Numbered from the whole stretch's first letter, positions 10,121-20,600 are shown. The stretch is DNA of 58,921 bases, filler included, from 3 parts of 3 records of this genome joined end to end with filler, not necessarily neighbours in it, one strand, 5' to 3'. A program made the numbers and translations. Notes: generated by a model not told the origin, from the letters alone.

Positions 10121-11302
10121 ATGATGAAAATTTTTAGTACTTTATTTATTTTATTTTTATTAACTTTTCCGGAAATATCTTTTTCTAAAGATAAGGTTTA
10201 TTATGCGGGTCTTTCTTTCATTGGAAACCACTCGGACAATCAGAAGTCTTACCCTTACAGCTACAAACTAGCTGAGGTAAAAAATGAAGAAGGCATTCCG
10301 TTACTTGAGAAAATTTTAGTCGAAAAAGTAAGAGGTGTCCAAAGGGATGATTTAGATTTTATCATTAACGACCTTGGGGATTATAAATCAGGGGACTCGG
10401 TTAGTATAGCACTAGCTATTGACTGGGAGAATGTAGCAATCGAGCAAATCGGAGGTCTTTATAAGCTGGTTCTTGATTTACATGCACAGGTACTAATTTT
10501 TGACTATGGCAAACAAAAAGTTGTGGGGAGCTATCCCATTGCTGTGCAGTTAAGGGACGTTTCACCCGAACAACCAAGTACTGAAAAAATAGAAAGTTTA
10601 TTCAAAACGTTATTCTATGGAAACGATAAAAATATAAATATACTTGATGTATTTTCCAGTCGGATTCAAACTGTAAGTATAAAAAGGTCATACGGACAAT
10701 ATCTTCGAGTAACAGAAGTAAATATAGAAGATAAAGCCCGGCCCTTTTTCCCCGATGATCATTCGGATTTTGAGAGGGCCTTTTCTGGGCTGTTAGCGCA
10801 AAGCTTTGGAAAGTTTTTATCTACCAATCAAGATGTTTCGATGCTCCCTTTTTCCAGGGGAGAAGCGCTTGGTAATAAAATGGCCATGAGGTTCGCAAAC
10901 GGGGATATTTTTAATTTGGAAATACCCTCAACCGATTTTGGTATAAAATTGACGCTAAGAGGCTTTAAAAAAGGCAGCGTAGGTAAAACTAGCTCAAAAG
11001 AAGCATTTGCATACGGTAGCTATATGCGTATCAAACTTGAACAGCCTGATTTTGGAAAAGTTTATTTTGACAGGCCCATAAGAAATGTAGCCGTAAAAGA
11101 GGTTCCTGTAACCCAGACTGATGTAGATGACTGGGCAGCATTTCAAGAATCACTCTTTGCTCTATTTGATACATTCTCAAAAGAAATAACGGACACGGAT
11201 AAAAAATGGGCTCAAAAAACGACAGGTAGTAAAAAAAATGATATTAAATTAGTTCTAAAAGAGTTTGACCAATTCAAAAAAATATTGAACAAGTGCCGGT
11301 AA
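10121..11302 (+). CDS. Hypothetical exported protein, 393 aa (gene 1 of four-gene operon)
   Basis: Long ORF with Sec-type signal peptide (MKIFSTLFILFLLTFPEISFS); no family recognised. Confidence 0.8.
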   Translation: MMKIFSTLFILFLLTFPEISFSKDKVYYAGLSFIGNHSDNQKSYPYSYKLAEVKNEEGIPLLEKILVEKVRGVQRDDLDFIINDLGDYKSGDSVSIALAIDWENVAIEQIGGLYKLVLDLHAQVLIFDYGKQKVVGSYPIAVQLRDVSPEQPSTEKIESLFKTLFYGNDKNINILDVFSSRIQTVSIKRSYGQYLRVTEVNIEDKARPFFPDDHSDFERAFSGLLAQSFGKFLSTNQDVSMLPFSRGEALGNKMAMRFANGDIFNLEIPSTDFGIKLTLRGFKKGSVGKTSSKEAFAYGSYMRIKLEQPDFGKVYFDRPIRNVAVKEVPVTQTDVDDWAAFQESLFALFDTFSKEITDTDKKWAQKTTGSKKNDIKLVLKEFDQFKKILNKCR

Positions 11303-11319
11303 ACTAAGGGTAAGTAATC

Positions 11320-12450
11320 ATGAAGCTTCTAAAAAACTTTATTATAGTGTCAATAATTAGTTTGGCTATCCAAGCAATAACAAGCACTAATGCGATGTCT
11401 TTTGAAAGTATAAAGGGCATGGGCGAGTATACTTACGAAGGTAAGTTCAAGAAAAAAAACTACAGTACATATCAGAAAAAAGCTAAAGAAAAAGCTATAG
11501 AATCAGCTTGGACTAGATATATAGCGAGGCTACCGCAGGCACGACAAATAACTTACCAAAAGCTAGATGCAGAATTTAGGATGGATCTATCCCCTTATAT
11601 CGGAAATGTTGAAATTCTTGATGAAACGCATGATAAAGACCTTAAATCTGTTCAGATAATTGCAAGAGTTACTGTTTTTAGTGATGCAGTTGATACAAAA
11701 TTAAATATGGCATCCGCTGTTAACAGGGCGGGTGATGATGCAAGTTATTTTAGTTTTATATTTTTAGCACGGCAAACCACCGCTATTAAATCTTTTAATG
11801 ATAAAGTCGTTTCTATAGAGGCTAAAAGTGCATCAGCAGACCTGAATTCACAAAGCATTCAAACTAGCGAAGAAAATGAAGTGGCTAAATCATCCGAAAC
11901 CGTAGCATCTTCCGAAGCTAATTTAACGACCAAAGTCACAACAGGCGGTAGTACTGAAAGAAAAGCAGATCGTGTGTCTTATGATGTATCAAGCCCGCAG
12001 GATATTGATGCCGCTATGGGGGATATACTCAGTACGGCTGGGTATGAGGTAGTTTCATATGATGATATAGTGAGTGAATGCGGAGGCGTTGAGCCGGATG
12101 ATATCAAATTTGAATTTAGTCAAGCGGATGATATGTCTAGACAAACAAGGCGATCTGCTATCAATGGCGCTAAAGACTGCGATGTAACTTATTTCTCAGT
12201 TGGAACAATCGATATAGGATTAAAGGATACTGATCCCGTATCCGGTAACCAAAGGGTCTATGTGTCTGTGAGGGCACAAGTCTGGGATATTACTAGAAGG
12301 CTGCCCAAAAAAGTGGCCTCGGTTGGACCGATCCAGTATGCTGGACTTGGACCAGATCAAATAGTAGCCCAAAGAAATGCTTTGATCCTTGCTGCTAAAG
12401 AGGGCGCCAAAAGCCTTGTAGATCAAATGAATGCCAAAGGACTATATTAA
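11320..12450 (+). CDS. Hypothetical exported protein, 376 aa, possible FlgT-N/LPP20-like N-domain and CsgG/TolB-N-like C-domain (gene 2)
   Basis: Signal peptide; KGMGEY...AKEKAIESAW strand-helix pattern; C-terminal strand-strand-helix VYVSVRAQVWD...ALILAAKEGAKSLVDQM. The fold call is an inference. Confidence 0.65.
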   Translation: MKLLKNFIIVSIISLAIQAITSTNAMSFESIKGMGEYTYEGKFKKKNYSTYQKKAKEKAIESAWTRYIARLPQARQITYQKLDAEFRMDLSPYIGNVEILDETHDKDLKSVQIIARVTVFSDAVDTKLNMASAVNRAGDDASYFSFIFLARQTTAIKSFNDKVVSIEAKSASADLNSQSIQTSEENEVAKSSETVASSEANLTTKVTTGGSTERKADRVSYDVSSPQDIDAAMGDILSTAGYEVVSYDDIVSECGGVEPDDIKFEFSQADDMSRQTRRSAINGAKDCDVTYFSVGTIDIGLKDTDPVSGNQRVYVSVRAQVWDITRRLPKKVASVGPIQYAGLGPDQIVAQRNALILAAKEGAKSLVDQMNAKGLY

Positions 12451-12470
12451 TATTAATAAAGGAAAATATT

Positions 12471-13145
12471 ATGAAAAAACTTTTAATAGTAGCTGTATCA
12501 ACAGCTTTATTTGCCTCATCTTTTCCAGCAAACGCACAAATGGGAATGCTAAAAAAAGCTAAAGGCTTAACATCTTCCAGCGATGCAGGGATAGGGGATT
12601 TGACTAGCCAGCAAGAGGGAATTGTCAACCGTTTGGTTTCAGGAATGACAAATATGACCTCAGGCCAAGCGCAAGTTGCCAGAGCCCTTGGATTAAAAGA
12701 TCAAGCAGACCTACTCGAGAGTGAAAGGGACGCACTCTCCAGCGGTAACGTCAAAGATAAAGATGGAATCAAGCGCAGCATGAAAGTAAGTGAAGATGCA
12801 CAGGAAGCTATTAACACAAAGATGGCAGAAGAAACGGTTATAGATGCTGAAGCAAAGAAAGAATTTGGAAAAGCTCTTCCATTTTATGCCAGGGGAACAG
12901 CGGATACTATTAGACTGCTACCTGAAATAAAAAAATGGGCCTCATCCGCTAGCTCCACAATGAAGGGGGCGGGTATGAGAGAGTTACCAAAGCTTAAGAA
13001 AACCTTAGGAACTGGTCTTTTTGTAGCTAAAAACTTACCAAAATATGCTAAAAAGTCACAAACAAGCTATAAAGCATTATCTGATTTCTCTAAGAAGAAT
13101 GAAATTGATACATCTGAAGCTGACGATATGCTTGGAGATCTTTAA
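12471..13145 (+). CDS. Hypothetical exported, mostly alpha-helical protein, 224 aa (gene 3)
   Basis: RBS AAGGA; signal peptide ending ANA-Q; Ala/Lys/Leu-rich amphipathic helices. Confidence 0.8.
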   Translation: MKKLLIVAVSTALFASSFPANAQMGMLKKAKGLTSSSDAGIGDLTSQQEGIVNRLVSGMTNMTSGQAQVARALGLKDQADLLESERDALSSGNVKDKDGIKRSMKVSEDAQEAINTKMAEETVIDAEAKKEFGKALPFYARGTADTIRLLPEIKKWASSASSTMKGAGMRELPKLKKTLGTGLFVAKNLPKYAKKSQTSYKALSDFSKKNEIDTSEADDMLGDL

Positions 13146-13156
13146 TAGGATATATC

Positions 13157-14005
13157 ATGAATAAGCTTTTAACTTATCTTGTAGTTTTTACTGGGTTTTT
13201 ACTCATCTCGCTTATGGATGTTGGAGCCCAAGAGAACCCAGATGTAGTTGTTGTAACCACTGAGGGTTCTGGAAACACAAGGCAAGCCGCAATCAATGAT
13301 GCACTTGCCTTGGCTGTTTCTCAGGTAAATGGCATTACTATTTCAGCTAATGAGAATTCAAATGTAACCTCGGCTGATGTATCAAGCACATCTAGCTATG
13401 AGTCTGCAAATGCAATGGCCGGGCGTGTTGACACTCAAGGAAAAGTTAAAGCTAAAAAACGACAATATAAAGAGGGATCCGAAATACCAGAAAAAGATGT
13501 CGCTGAGCTAGAGGGTAATTCAACTCAAAGAGTTCAGGCCGCCTCTGTTAGTGCGGGTGCACAAAAGTCTAATTTTCAAGGAACGGCAAACGTCTCTAAT
13601 CGTGGTATAAACACCTCCACAAAAGGGCAAGTCCAAAGCTTTAAGTTAATAAGCTCCAGTCAAACAGAGGCTGGTTATCAAGTGACAGTTGAGGCGTCCG
13701 TTTTTTCTGCTGCAGCAAGAAATAGGCGTGTTAAATCTGAACAAAGAGAGAGCGCCTTAGCAAGAGAAAAGTCGAGGCAAGCCTCAGATAAAAGAAGAGC
13801 GGCTGAGGCTCGAGCAAGAGCCGCTGCCGATAGGCGCGCAGAAGCTGAAGCCTTAGCTAGGGCTGAAGAAGAAAAAAGGTTAGCTGAAGAAGCTAGGCAA
13901 AAACGGATTGAGGAAGCTAAGATTGAGGCTCAAAAAAAGAAAGAAGCCCTTAGAGAAGAAATTAAAAATAGAAAAAGAGAGCAGGCGATGGATGACGACT
14001 GGTAG
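13157..14005 (+). CDS. Hypothetical exported protein, 282 aa, LPP20/FlgT-N-like domain plus charged coiled-coil tail (gene 4)
   Basis: Signal peptide; TEGSGNTRQAAINDALALAVSQVNG...GQVQSFKLIS...YQVTVEASV; last ~95 aa are A/E/K/R-rich, TolA-like. Confidence 0.7.
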   Translation: MNKLLTYLVVFTGFLLISLMDVGAQENPDVVVVTTEGSGNTRQAAINDALALAVSQVNGITISANENSNVTSADVSSTSSYESANAMAGRVDTQGKVKAKKRQYKEGSEIPEKDVAELEGNSTQRVQAASVSAGAQKSNFQGTANVSNRGINTSTKGQVQSFKLISSSQTEAGYQVTVEASVFSAAARNRRVKSEQRESALAREKSRQASDKRRAAEARARAAADRRAEAEALARAEEEKRLAEEARQKRIEEAKIEAQKKKEALREEIKNRKREQAMDDDW

Positions 14006-14016
14006 TCGATAGGCGC

Positions 14017-15222
14017 CTATAGTGATCTAATATTTAAACTCTCTAGTATTTTTGGAATTTTCTTTTTAACCTTAAAGAAGCCTTTGTTTGCAAATGGCCA
14101 GATCTTTTTATCCCACTCTCTTAATACATAAGATATCTCTATTTGGTTTTCTTTTAGTTCTGGCTCCGCTTTTTTTATTGCATCCGCCGTTGGGCCTGCT
14201 GGTGCATAGGGCATCAAAATGTTACTAATACCGTGCTTTTTACATGCGGAAGTTAATTCTCGGCCCCAATCTTGTTCTATTATTTTATTATTTGGGCCAT
14301 ATTTAAAAAGTGAACTTTCTAAAGCACCTCTAGCAAATTCCGATACATTTTTACTTATTTTATTAACCGACCTCAATGCTGTTGACTGTAGCCCAATAGC
14401 TGCTGAGATATTTAAGTTTTCTGAGAAACAGCCACCCGCTTGACAATCGTCCTCATGAATGAGGAGTAAATATTCTTTTGCATCTTTAAGGTGTGTCGTT
14501 GGTAATCTAGCATCAATAAAATCATTTTCTTCTTCTAAAGCATTAGCCTCCTCAACCAATTGACCATACGGAGCAAATCTACCGGATGTAAATCGCTCTA
14601 TATTATCAGCTCTCGCAAGGTAGTGTTTTCCCTTGGTATGCAAGCCTGCTACCCATCTCCAAGATAGGGTATTACTAGCAGCGTCACCATCAATTAAATT
14701 ACAAAGGAAAAAGTCAGCTCCGAGAACCCATGGTAATTTAAGAGTAAAAATCCATATACTCGCAAACCACATGCGTGAATGATTGTGAAGGTAACCCGTC
14801 TCTAAGAGTTCATTTATCCAAAAATCAAAACATTCAATTCCTGTTTGTCCGGCAAGGGCTTGCTCATAAGCTTTATTTAAAAATTTATTTTTACTTATTA
14901 AGCCTAGCTGATTGTTGAGTACAGATTTATATTGTTCCCAAACATATGGTCTATGTTCCATCCAGCCCTTAAAATATGATCTCCAAAACACTTCTTGTAT
15001 ATATTTTTCAGAATCCCGTAAACTATGCTTAGCTAACACACTTGAGACAACTTCTCTTTCTGTTATTAGGCGATGCCTCAGATAAGGAGATAATAGAGAA
15101 ACTGATTTATGGTTGTTTGGGCCATAATCATAATTACGGAACTGGGTATAATTCGAACCCGATATATTTAAAAAAATATCCAGCCGGTTTAGACCCTCCT
15201 CTCGAGTTGCTACCATGGCCAT
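14017..15222 (-). CDS. Photolyase-family protein with N-terminal FAD-binding domain (inverted architecture, NewPHL-like)
   Basis: SLLSPYL, IQEVFWRSYF, GYLHNHSRMWFASIW, DGDAASNTLSWRW all lie in the N-terminal half of a 401-aa protein. Confidence 0.85.
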   Translation of the reverse strand: MAMVATREEGLNRLDIFLNISGSNYTQFRNYDYGPNNHKSVSLLSPYLRHRLITEREVVSSVLAKHSLRDSEKYIQEVFWRSYFKGWMEHRPYVWEQYKSVLNNQLGLISKNKFLNKAYEQALAGQTGIECFDFWINELLETGYLHNHSRMWFASIWIFTLKLPWVLGADFFLCNLIDGDAASNTLSWRWVAGLHTKGKHYLARADNIERFTSGRFAPYGQLVEEANALEEENDFIDARLPTTHLKDAKEYLLLIHEDDCQAGGCFSENLNISAAIGLQSTALRSVNKISKNVSEFARGALESSLFKYGPNNKIIEQDWGRELTSACKKHGISNILMPYAPAGPTADAIKKAEPELKENQIEISYVLREWDKKIWPFANKGFFKVKKKIPKILESLNIRSL

Positions 15223-15224
15223 AC

Positions 15225-16745
15225 TTAGTGCCTTATCTTAGTTTTAGAGTTTTGTGATCTACGGCTACCATGTTTGTCATAAATGTTTTTTGCAATTTCG
15301 CGATGCCCTTGTTTTTTACGAATTGCATATATTTGTGCTTTAGCTTTTTTTGCGGCCTCTAAGTGATCCACAACTCTCTGTGGATATTCATGGCTGGTAT
15401 TTTGCTCATAATCCGGCCACTTCCATGGCTCTTGAATGAAAGAGTCTGGGATATCAACTAGTTCAGATAACCATTCGCGAGTGAAAGCGTTAGTAGGGTC
15501 CTGATCATAACCTTGCTTTACTGGGTTATAAACCCGTAAAGTATTAATCCCAGTTGTTCCTGATTGCATCTGGACTTGCTGCCAGTGAATTCCAGGCTCA
15601 TAGTCTGTAAATTTTTTAGCAAGAGCTGAACCTGCCGCGCGCCAGTCTAGCCAGAGGTGATAACTAGAAAAAGCCATAAGCATCGCCCGCATTCGGAAGT
15701 TTATCCATCCTGTATAATTTAAAGACCGCATACAAGCATCAACAAAGGGGAATCCAGTTTTGCCCTCACTCCAAGCCTTTAGACGAATACGTGCTTCAGG
15801 ATTGTTGAAAGGGTTATCTCTCAAGTCATTATAAAAGGGGTGAATAGCTTCCAACTGATGTCTCGGTGTATCTTCGAGTTTTTGAATAAAATGGCAATGC
15901 CAATGTAACCTTCCATTAAAAGAAGACATTGAGCCTCTCCAACTACCTACAGGTTGGCCTTCACTAGCCATGTGCTTTAATTCTCTTTGGCGCAGCCAAA
16001 CCGACTGCGCAGTTTCTCTCATAGAAATCGTTCCAGATGATAAAAATGTCGACATGCGGGAGCACTCCCATTGTGCAGTTATGGGACTACTCATTCCCTT
16101 TTGATAATTTTTACCCCTTTCATCAAGGAAACTGTTCAGGGTTTTAATGGCCTCTTCATGGCCTCCTCTTTGGCGCCCGGGGCAGACATCTTTCAATCCA
16201 AGCTCCTCTTGTGTTGGAATATTGAAAGTTGGTTTTTTAAAATATGGCACAAGTGAGCTTGGCGTTGGCACTGGTTCAGCGGACATAAAATGATCCCATT
16301 TTTTTGCCCAGCCATCTCTATTTATCAATCCGCGCTTCACTCCAAATTGGGCATATTCCTTCCAGTCACAATTATATTTCTTAACTAAACTCTTAATCCG
16401 TAGATCACGCTGATATGTCCAAAAATTACCTGTTTCTTGATGGGATATAATTGACCTTGCTTTAGTTTCTAAAATTAGCTTCTCTAAAACCTCTTCAGCT
16501 TTACCCTTATATATAAATAATGGAGCACCTAAAGCAGTAAGCTTATCATTTAAATCCTCGAGACTGTCTTTAATAAATAGCCATTGGCGCCCGGAAGTAT
16601 CAGGCAGCTTCCAGTAATCAGGCTCTATAATATATAGTGGAATAATTTGATCGGATTTACTACCCAGATAAAGCGGCATGTGATCATGCACTCGCAAATC
16701 TCGCTTAAACCATACAATAGAGGGTGCGTTTTCTTTAGTATCCAC
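15225..16745 (-). CDS. Cryptochrome/DNA photolyase family protein, canonical domain order
   Basis: VWFKRDLRVHDH, GKTGFPFVDACMR, GWINFRMRAML, DYEPGIHWQQVQMQSG, RVYNPVKQ. Confidence 0.93.
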   Translation of the reverse strand: MDTKENAPSIVWFKRDLRVHDHMPLYLGSKSDQIIPLYIIEPDYWKLPDTSGRQWLFIKDSLEDLNDKLTALGAPLFIYKGKAEEVLEKLILETKARSIISHQETGNFWTYQRDLRIKSLVKKYNCDWKEYAQFGVKRGLINRDGWAKKWDHFMSAEPVPTPSSLVPYFKKPTFNIPTQEELGLKDVCPGRQRGGHEEAIKTLNSFLDERGKNYQKGMSSPITAQWECSRMSTFLSSGTISMRETAQSVWLRQRELKHMASEGQPVGSWRGSMSSFNGRLHWHCHFIQKLEDTPRHQLEAIHPFYNDLRDNPFNNPEARIRLKAWSEGKTGFPFVDACMRSLNYTGWINFRMRAMLMAFSSYHLWLDWRAAGSALAKKFTDYEPGIHWQQVQMQSGTTGINTLRVYNPVKQGYDQDPTNAFTREWLSELVDIPDSFIQEPWKWPDYEQNTSHEYPQRVVDHLEAAKKAKAQIYAIRKKQGHREIAKNIYDKHGSRRSQNSKTKIRH

Positions 16746-16773
16746 AATAAAGCATTAATCTAAGCAAAATAAT

Positions 16774-17040
16774 TCAAAATAGTTTCGCGGCATGCTTACT
16801 AGCTCGACCACTCACACGTTTTCTCCACATACGAAAGCTGCTTGGTTGCATATGGTTTCTCATAATTTTGATAATTTCTTTTTCTGCCAAACCAGATTGA
16901 GCTTTTATGTTATCAAAGCTTGTCTCATCGTCCCAGGCCATAGCCACCAGCTCGGAGTCTGTAATACAGCCGGCGTCCTCTCTTCGCGTGGAAGGAATGA
17001 AGTTATCTGGGAATTTTCTTTTCATGAATTGAATACGCAT
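16774..17040 (-). CDS. TIGR03643 / DUF2805 family small protein
   Basis: MAWDDETSFDNIKAQSGLAEKEIIKIMR...SSFRMWRKRVSGR is the family pattern. Confidence 0.85.
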   Translation of the reverse strand: MRIQFMKRKFPDNFIPSTRREDAGCITDSELVAMAWDDETSFDNIKAQSGLAEKEIIKIMRNHMQPSSFRMWRKRVSGRASKHAAKLF

Positions 17041-17163
17041 TATGCTTTTAAAAGGTTCGGAAATATGTGTCTTAATAAATTAAACTCTAGTTACTGATTC
17101 CGCCAACTTTGACCTAATAATATTTGTTGGATAACAGTAAGTTATACATAATTTGGGGAATTT

Positions 17164-17571
17164 ATGATTGAGCTAATATACATAAGCAACACACCTAATA
17201 CACTTGATCGGTCGACTATTTTAGAAATACTTAATTCATCACTTACGAAAAATAAGCTTAATGACCTTACTGGGCATTTATACTATGATGGTAATAGTTT
17301 TTTACAAATTATTGAAGGAGAAGAAAATGCTGTATGCTCCTTATACGAAAAAATAAAAATAGACCCTCGACATACTAATGTAGAAATTCTTTATGAAAAC
17401 GAAATTAATGAAAGAGCTTTTGAAGGTTGGGAAATGGCATTTAAAGAATTAGAAAGATCAACCGTTCATAACTCTATGGTCATGTTCAACAACTTAAAAC
17501 AAAATAGCAAACGACGCATTACTAATTTTGGCGCAGGACTTTTCGGATTGTTCAAAGACTCTATTAGCTGA
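17164..17571 (+). CDS. Stand-alone BLUF blue-light sensor
   Basis: LIYIS (Tyr), N...LTG, FLQIIEG (Gln), DPRH, FEGWEMAF (Trp/Met); no output domain. Confidence 0.93.
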   Translation: MIELIYISNTPNTLDRSTILEILNSSLTKNKLNDLTGHLYYDGNSFLQIIEGEENAVCSLYEKIKIDPRHTNVEILYENEINERAFEGWEMAFKELERSTVHNSMVMFNNLKQNSKRRITNFGAGLFGLFKDSIS

Positions 17572-17619
17572 TATTGTGTTAATTATTTTAAGCTTGCCTC
17601 TAATCCATTTCTTAAAAAG

Positions 17620-20600
17620 CTACCCTGCTGATAACAGATTAACGTTACCGCCAGCTGCAGTGGTATCAACGCATACGTGCCTTTCAATGATGCAATGATC
17701 ACTCATATCTGTTTCTAACATTAAAGGAATAATGGGGCCTTTTCTTTTTGATAAAGCAATACGAATTTTTTTTAAATCTCTACTCTTTCCCCAAAAGGCA
17801 ACTGCTTGTATGTCAGTTGACGTCTCAAGATATGAAAAGGTTTCATCATTTTCCAAATAACTTCTTCTTACGGTAGTCTCACATCCATTCAGCTGAGCAA
17901 TTCTAATTTGTTTTTTAACGTCAATTGGCTCAGGCCCCAAACAAAGAATTTTGCCTCTAGGGTAATCATAAGTCTTATTAGACTCTCCCGTTGGTCCATT
18001 CATTTCTCTAATACAGGCAACCATATTCTTTCTCGGGTGTTGCTTTACAGAAGAATTCTCTGAAGTAGTAAACCGCTTAACGTATCGCGGCCCTCCCGCT
18101 TTTGGTCCAGTTCCTGATAGGCCCTCGCCGCCAAAAGGCTGGGATTCAACCACTGCACCAATCTGGTTTCTGTTTATATATACATTTCCTACTTTCACAC
18201 TATTTGAAATGAATTCTACTCTCTTATCAAGCCTAGTATGCAAACCGAAAGTTAGCCCATACCCTGCGGCATTTATATCCTCTATAATTGAAGGAATTTG
18301 CTCCGGTCTAAAACTTGCAATATGCAAAACAGGTCCAAATATTTCTGACTTTAATTCCTTAATACCCGTTACAGAAATTATCTTTGGACCTATGAAATAA
18401 CCAGAAGATGGAGCCTCATTAGAAAATATTAATCGTCCATCTTTTTGTGCGCCGTGAACATGTCTTAAAATATTATCATAGGAGTTTTTATCGATAATTG
18501 GTCCTATGTCGGTTTCAAAGTCCCAGGGGTTCCCAACCGACTGCTCCTTAATTGCCTCTTTTAACATATGTGTAAATTTTTTCTCTATGTCTTCTTGTAC
18601 ATACAGAACTCTTAATGCAGAGCACCTTTGCCCTGCACTATGAAAGGCTGAAGCAATAACATCCTTTATCGCACGCTCTAAAAGTGCAGTTGAGTCAATA
18701 ATCATTGCATTAATTCCCCCAGTTTCAGCAATGAAGAGAGCATCAGGTGAAAGAAACTTAGCAATATTTTTATTTATTGAACAAGCAGTAGTAGTTGATC
18801 CCGTAAAGCATACGCCTGCTATGTTTACATTAGAGACTAATTTTTTTCCGATAGTTTCTCCTCTGCCTAGCAAAAGCTGAAGTGTGCTTTTTGGCACACC
18901 TGCTTCATACAATAAATTAACTGCAAAATGTGCAATTATAGGCGTTTGTTCTGCTGGTTTAGCAAGAACAGCGTTGCCGGCAGAAAGGGCCCCAGAAATT
19001 TGTCCTGTAAAAATCGCTAAAGGAAAATTCCAGGGGGAAATACATGTTATTATACCCCTTGCTACCCTCGTTTCCTTTTGGTTTATTCTCACACACTCTG
19101 AAGCATAATAACGTAAAAAATCTACCGCTTCCCGTAATTCTGCTACAGCATCTAAAATAACTTTTCCCGCCTCACGGGTTAATATAGCAATTATTTGGCC
19201 TGCATTTTTTTCATAAAGATCAGCAGCTTTATTTAAAATATTTGACCTTTCTTCCGCTTGAATATTTTGCCATGATTTAGCATTCTTTATAGCTAAGTTT
19301 ACATCTTCCATTGATGCTTCTGCAGCACTTCCCACTCGCTCACTTGGATTAGAGGGATTATATATATTATATATATTTTTACCCTTAACCGTCCCATCTA
19401 TAAAAGAACTAACATTCCACTCAATTGCTTTAAATGGAGCTCTTTCATTATCAATTATGAAAAGGTCAGTAAAATCATTTAGGTTCCACCCTTTTGCATT
19501 CTTCCTATTTGGTGAATATATATTTACAGGTAGCTGTATGCTTGGTGACAAGCCTTCTAAACCGTCTAGTTGGTCAAAAGGGTCTCTTATAATATCATCG
19601 ATTAGGTTGTTCTTATCTAAGACCTGATTAACAAAAGAAGAGTTCGCTCCATTTTCTAAAAGTCTTCGAACAAGGTATGCTAACAAATCTTCATGCTTAC
19701 CTACCGGTGCATAAACCCTGCATGATGTTTGATTTGTTGTCATGACTTTTTTGTGAAGGGCGGCGCCCATCCCGTGCAACCTTTGAAATTCAAAGGGTTT
19801 TCTATTTTCACATAACTCTAAAACACTCGCCATTGTGTGCGCGTTATGCGTTGCAAATTGTGGAAATAAGTGTTGTCCATCATCGAGCAATTGTTTGGCG
19901 CAGCATATGTAGGATACATCTGTTGCGGCCTTAGTTGTAAATACAGGATAATAACTAGTTCCGTTAACTTGCGCTGTTTTAATTTCTGTGTCCCAATAAG
20001 CTCCCTTCACTAGTCTTACCATTATTTTTCTATTGTACTTACATGATAAAGCTGAGAGCCAGTCAATTACCGCCGATGCAGATTTATTATAGGATTGCAC
20101 AACTACACCCAAGCCATCCCATCCGGATAACTTTGGATCGCCTATTAGTTCCTCAATTACATCTAATGAAAGCTCTAATCTATCGGCCTCTTCAGCATCA
20201 ATAGTAACAGCTATATTTAATTCCCTAGCCATTACTATTAATGCTAATGCTCTCTCCACAAGCTCGGTCATTACTCTTTTTGACTTGCGAACTTCATAAC
20301 GTGAGTGAAGTGCAGAAAGCTTTAGTGAAATTCCAGGATTTAAAAGAATGTCATCATTGTGAGCTTCTAAGCCTAATCTTTCTATGGCTGCTTTATAACT
20401 ATTAAAGTACTTTTCAGCGTCCTCTTCGGTTATGGCTGCTTCGCCAAGCATATCAAATGAATATAAAGTTCCTTTTTTCTGGTTAGATTTTGAACTACTA
20501 ATGGCTTTATCAATGCTTTCGCCAAGAACAAATTGCTTTCCCATTAATTTCATAGCCCGCGATATAGCAACTCGGATTACTGGCTCGCCTAATCGACTGA

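Noticed and set aside
17091-17140. Imperfect inverted repeat (TTACTG...CCAAC / GTTGG...CAGTAA) upstream of BLUF
   Set aside because: Arms are short and interrupted; too weak to call an operator or RNA element.
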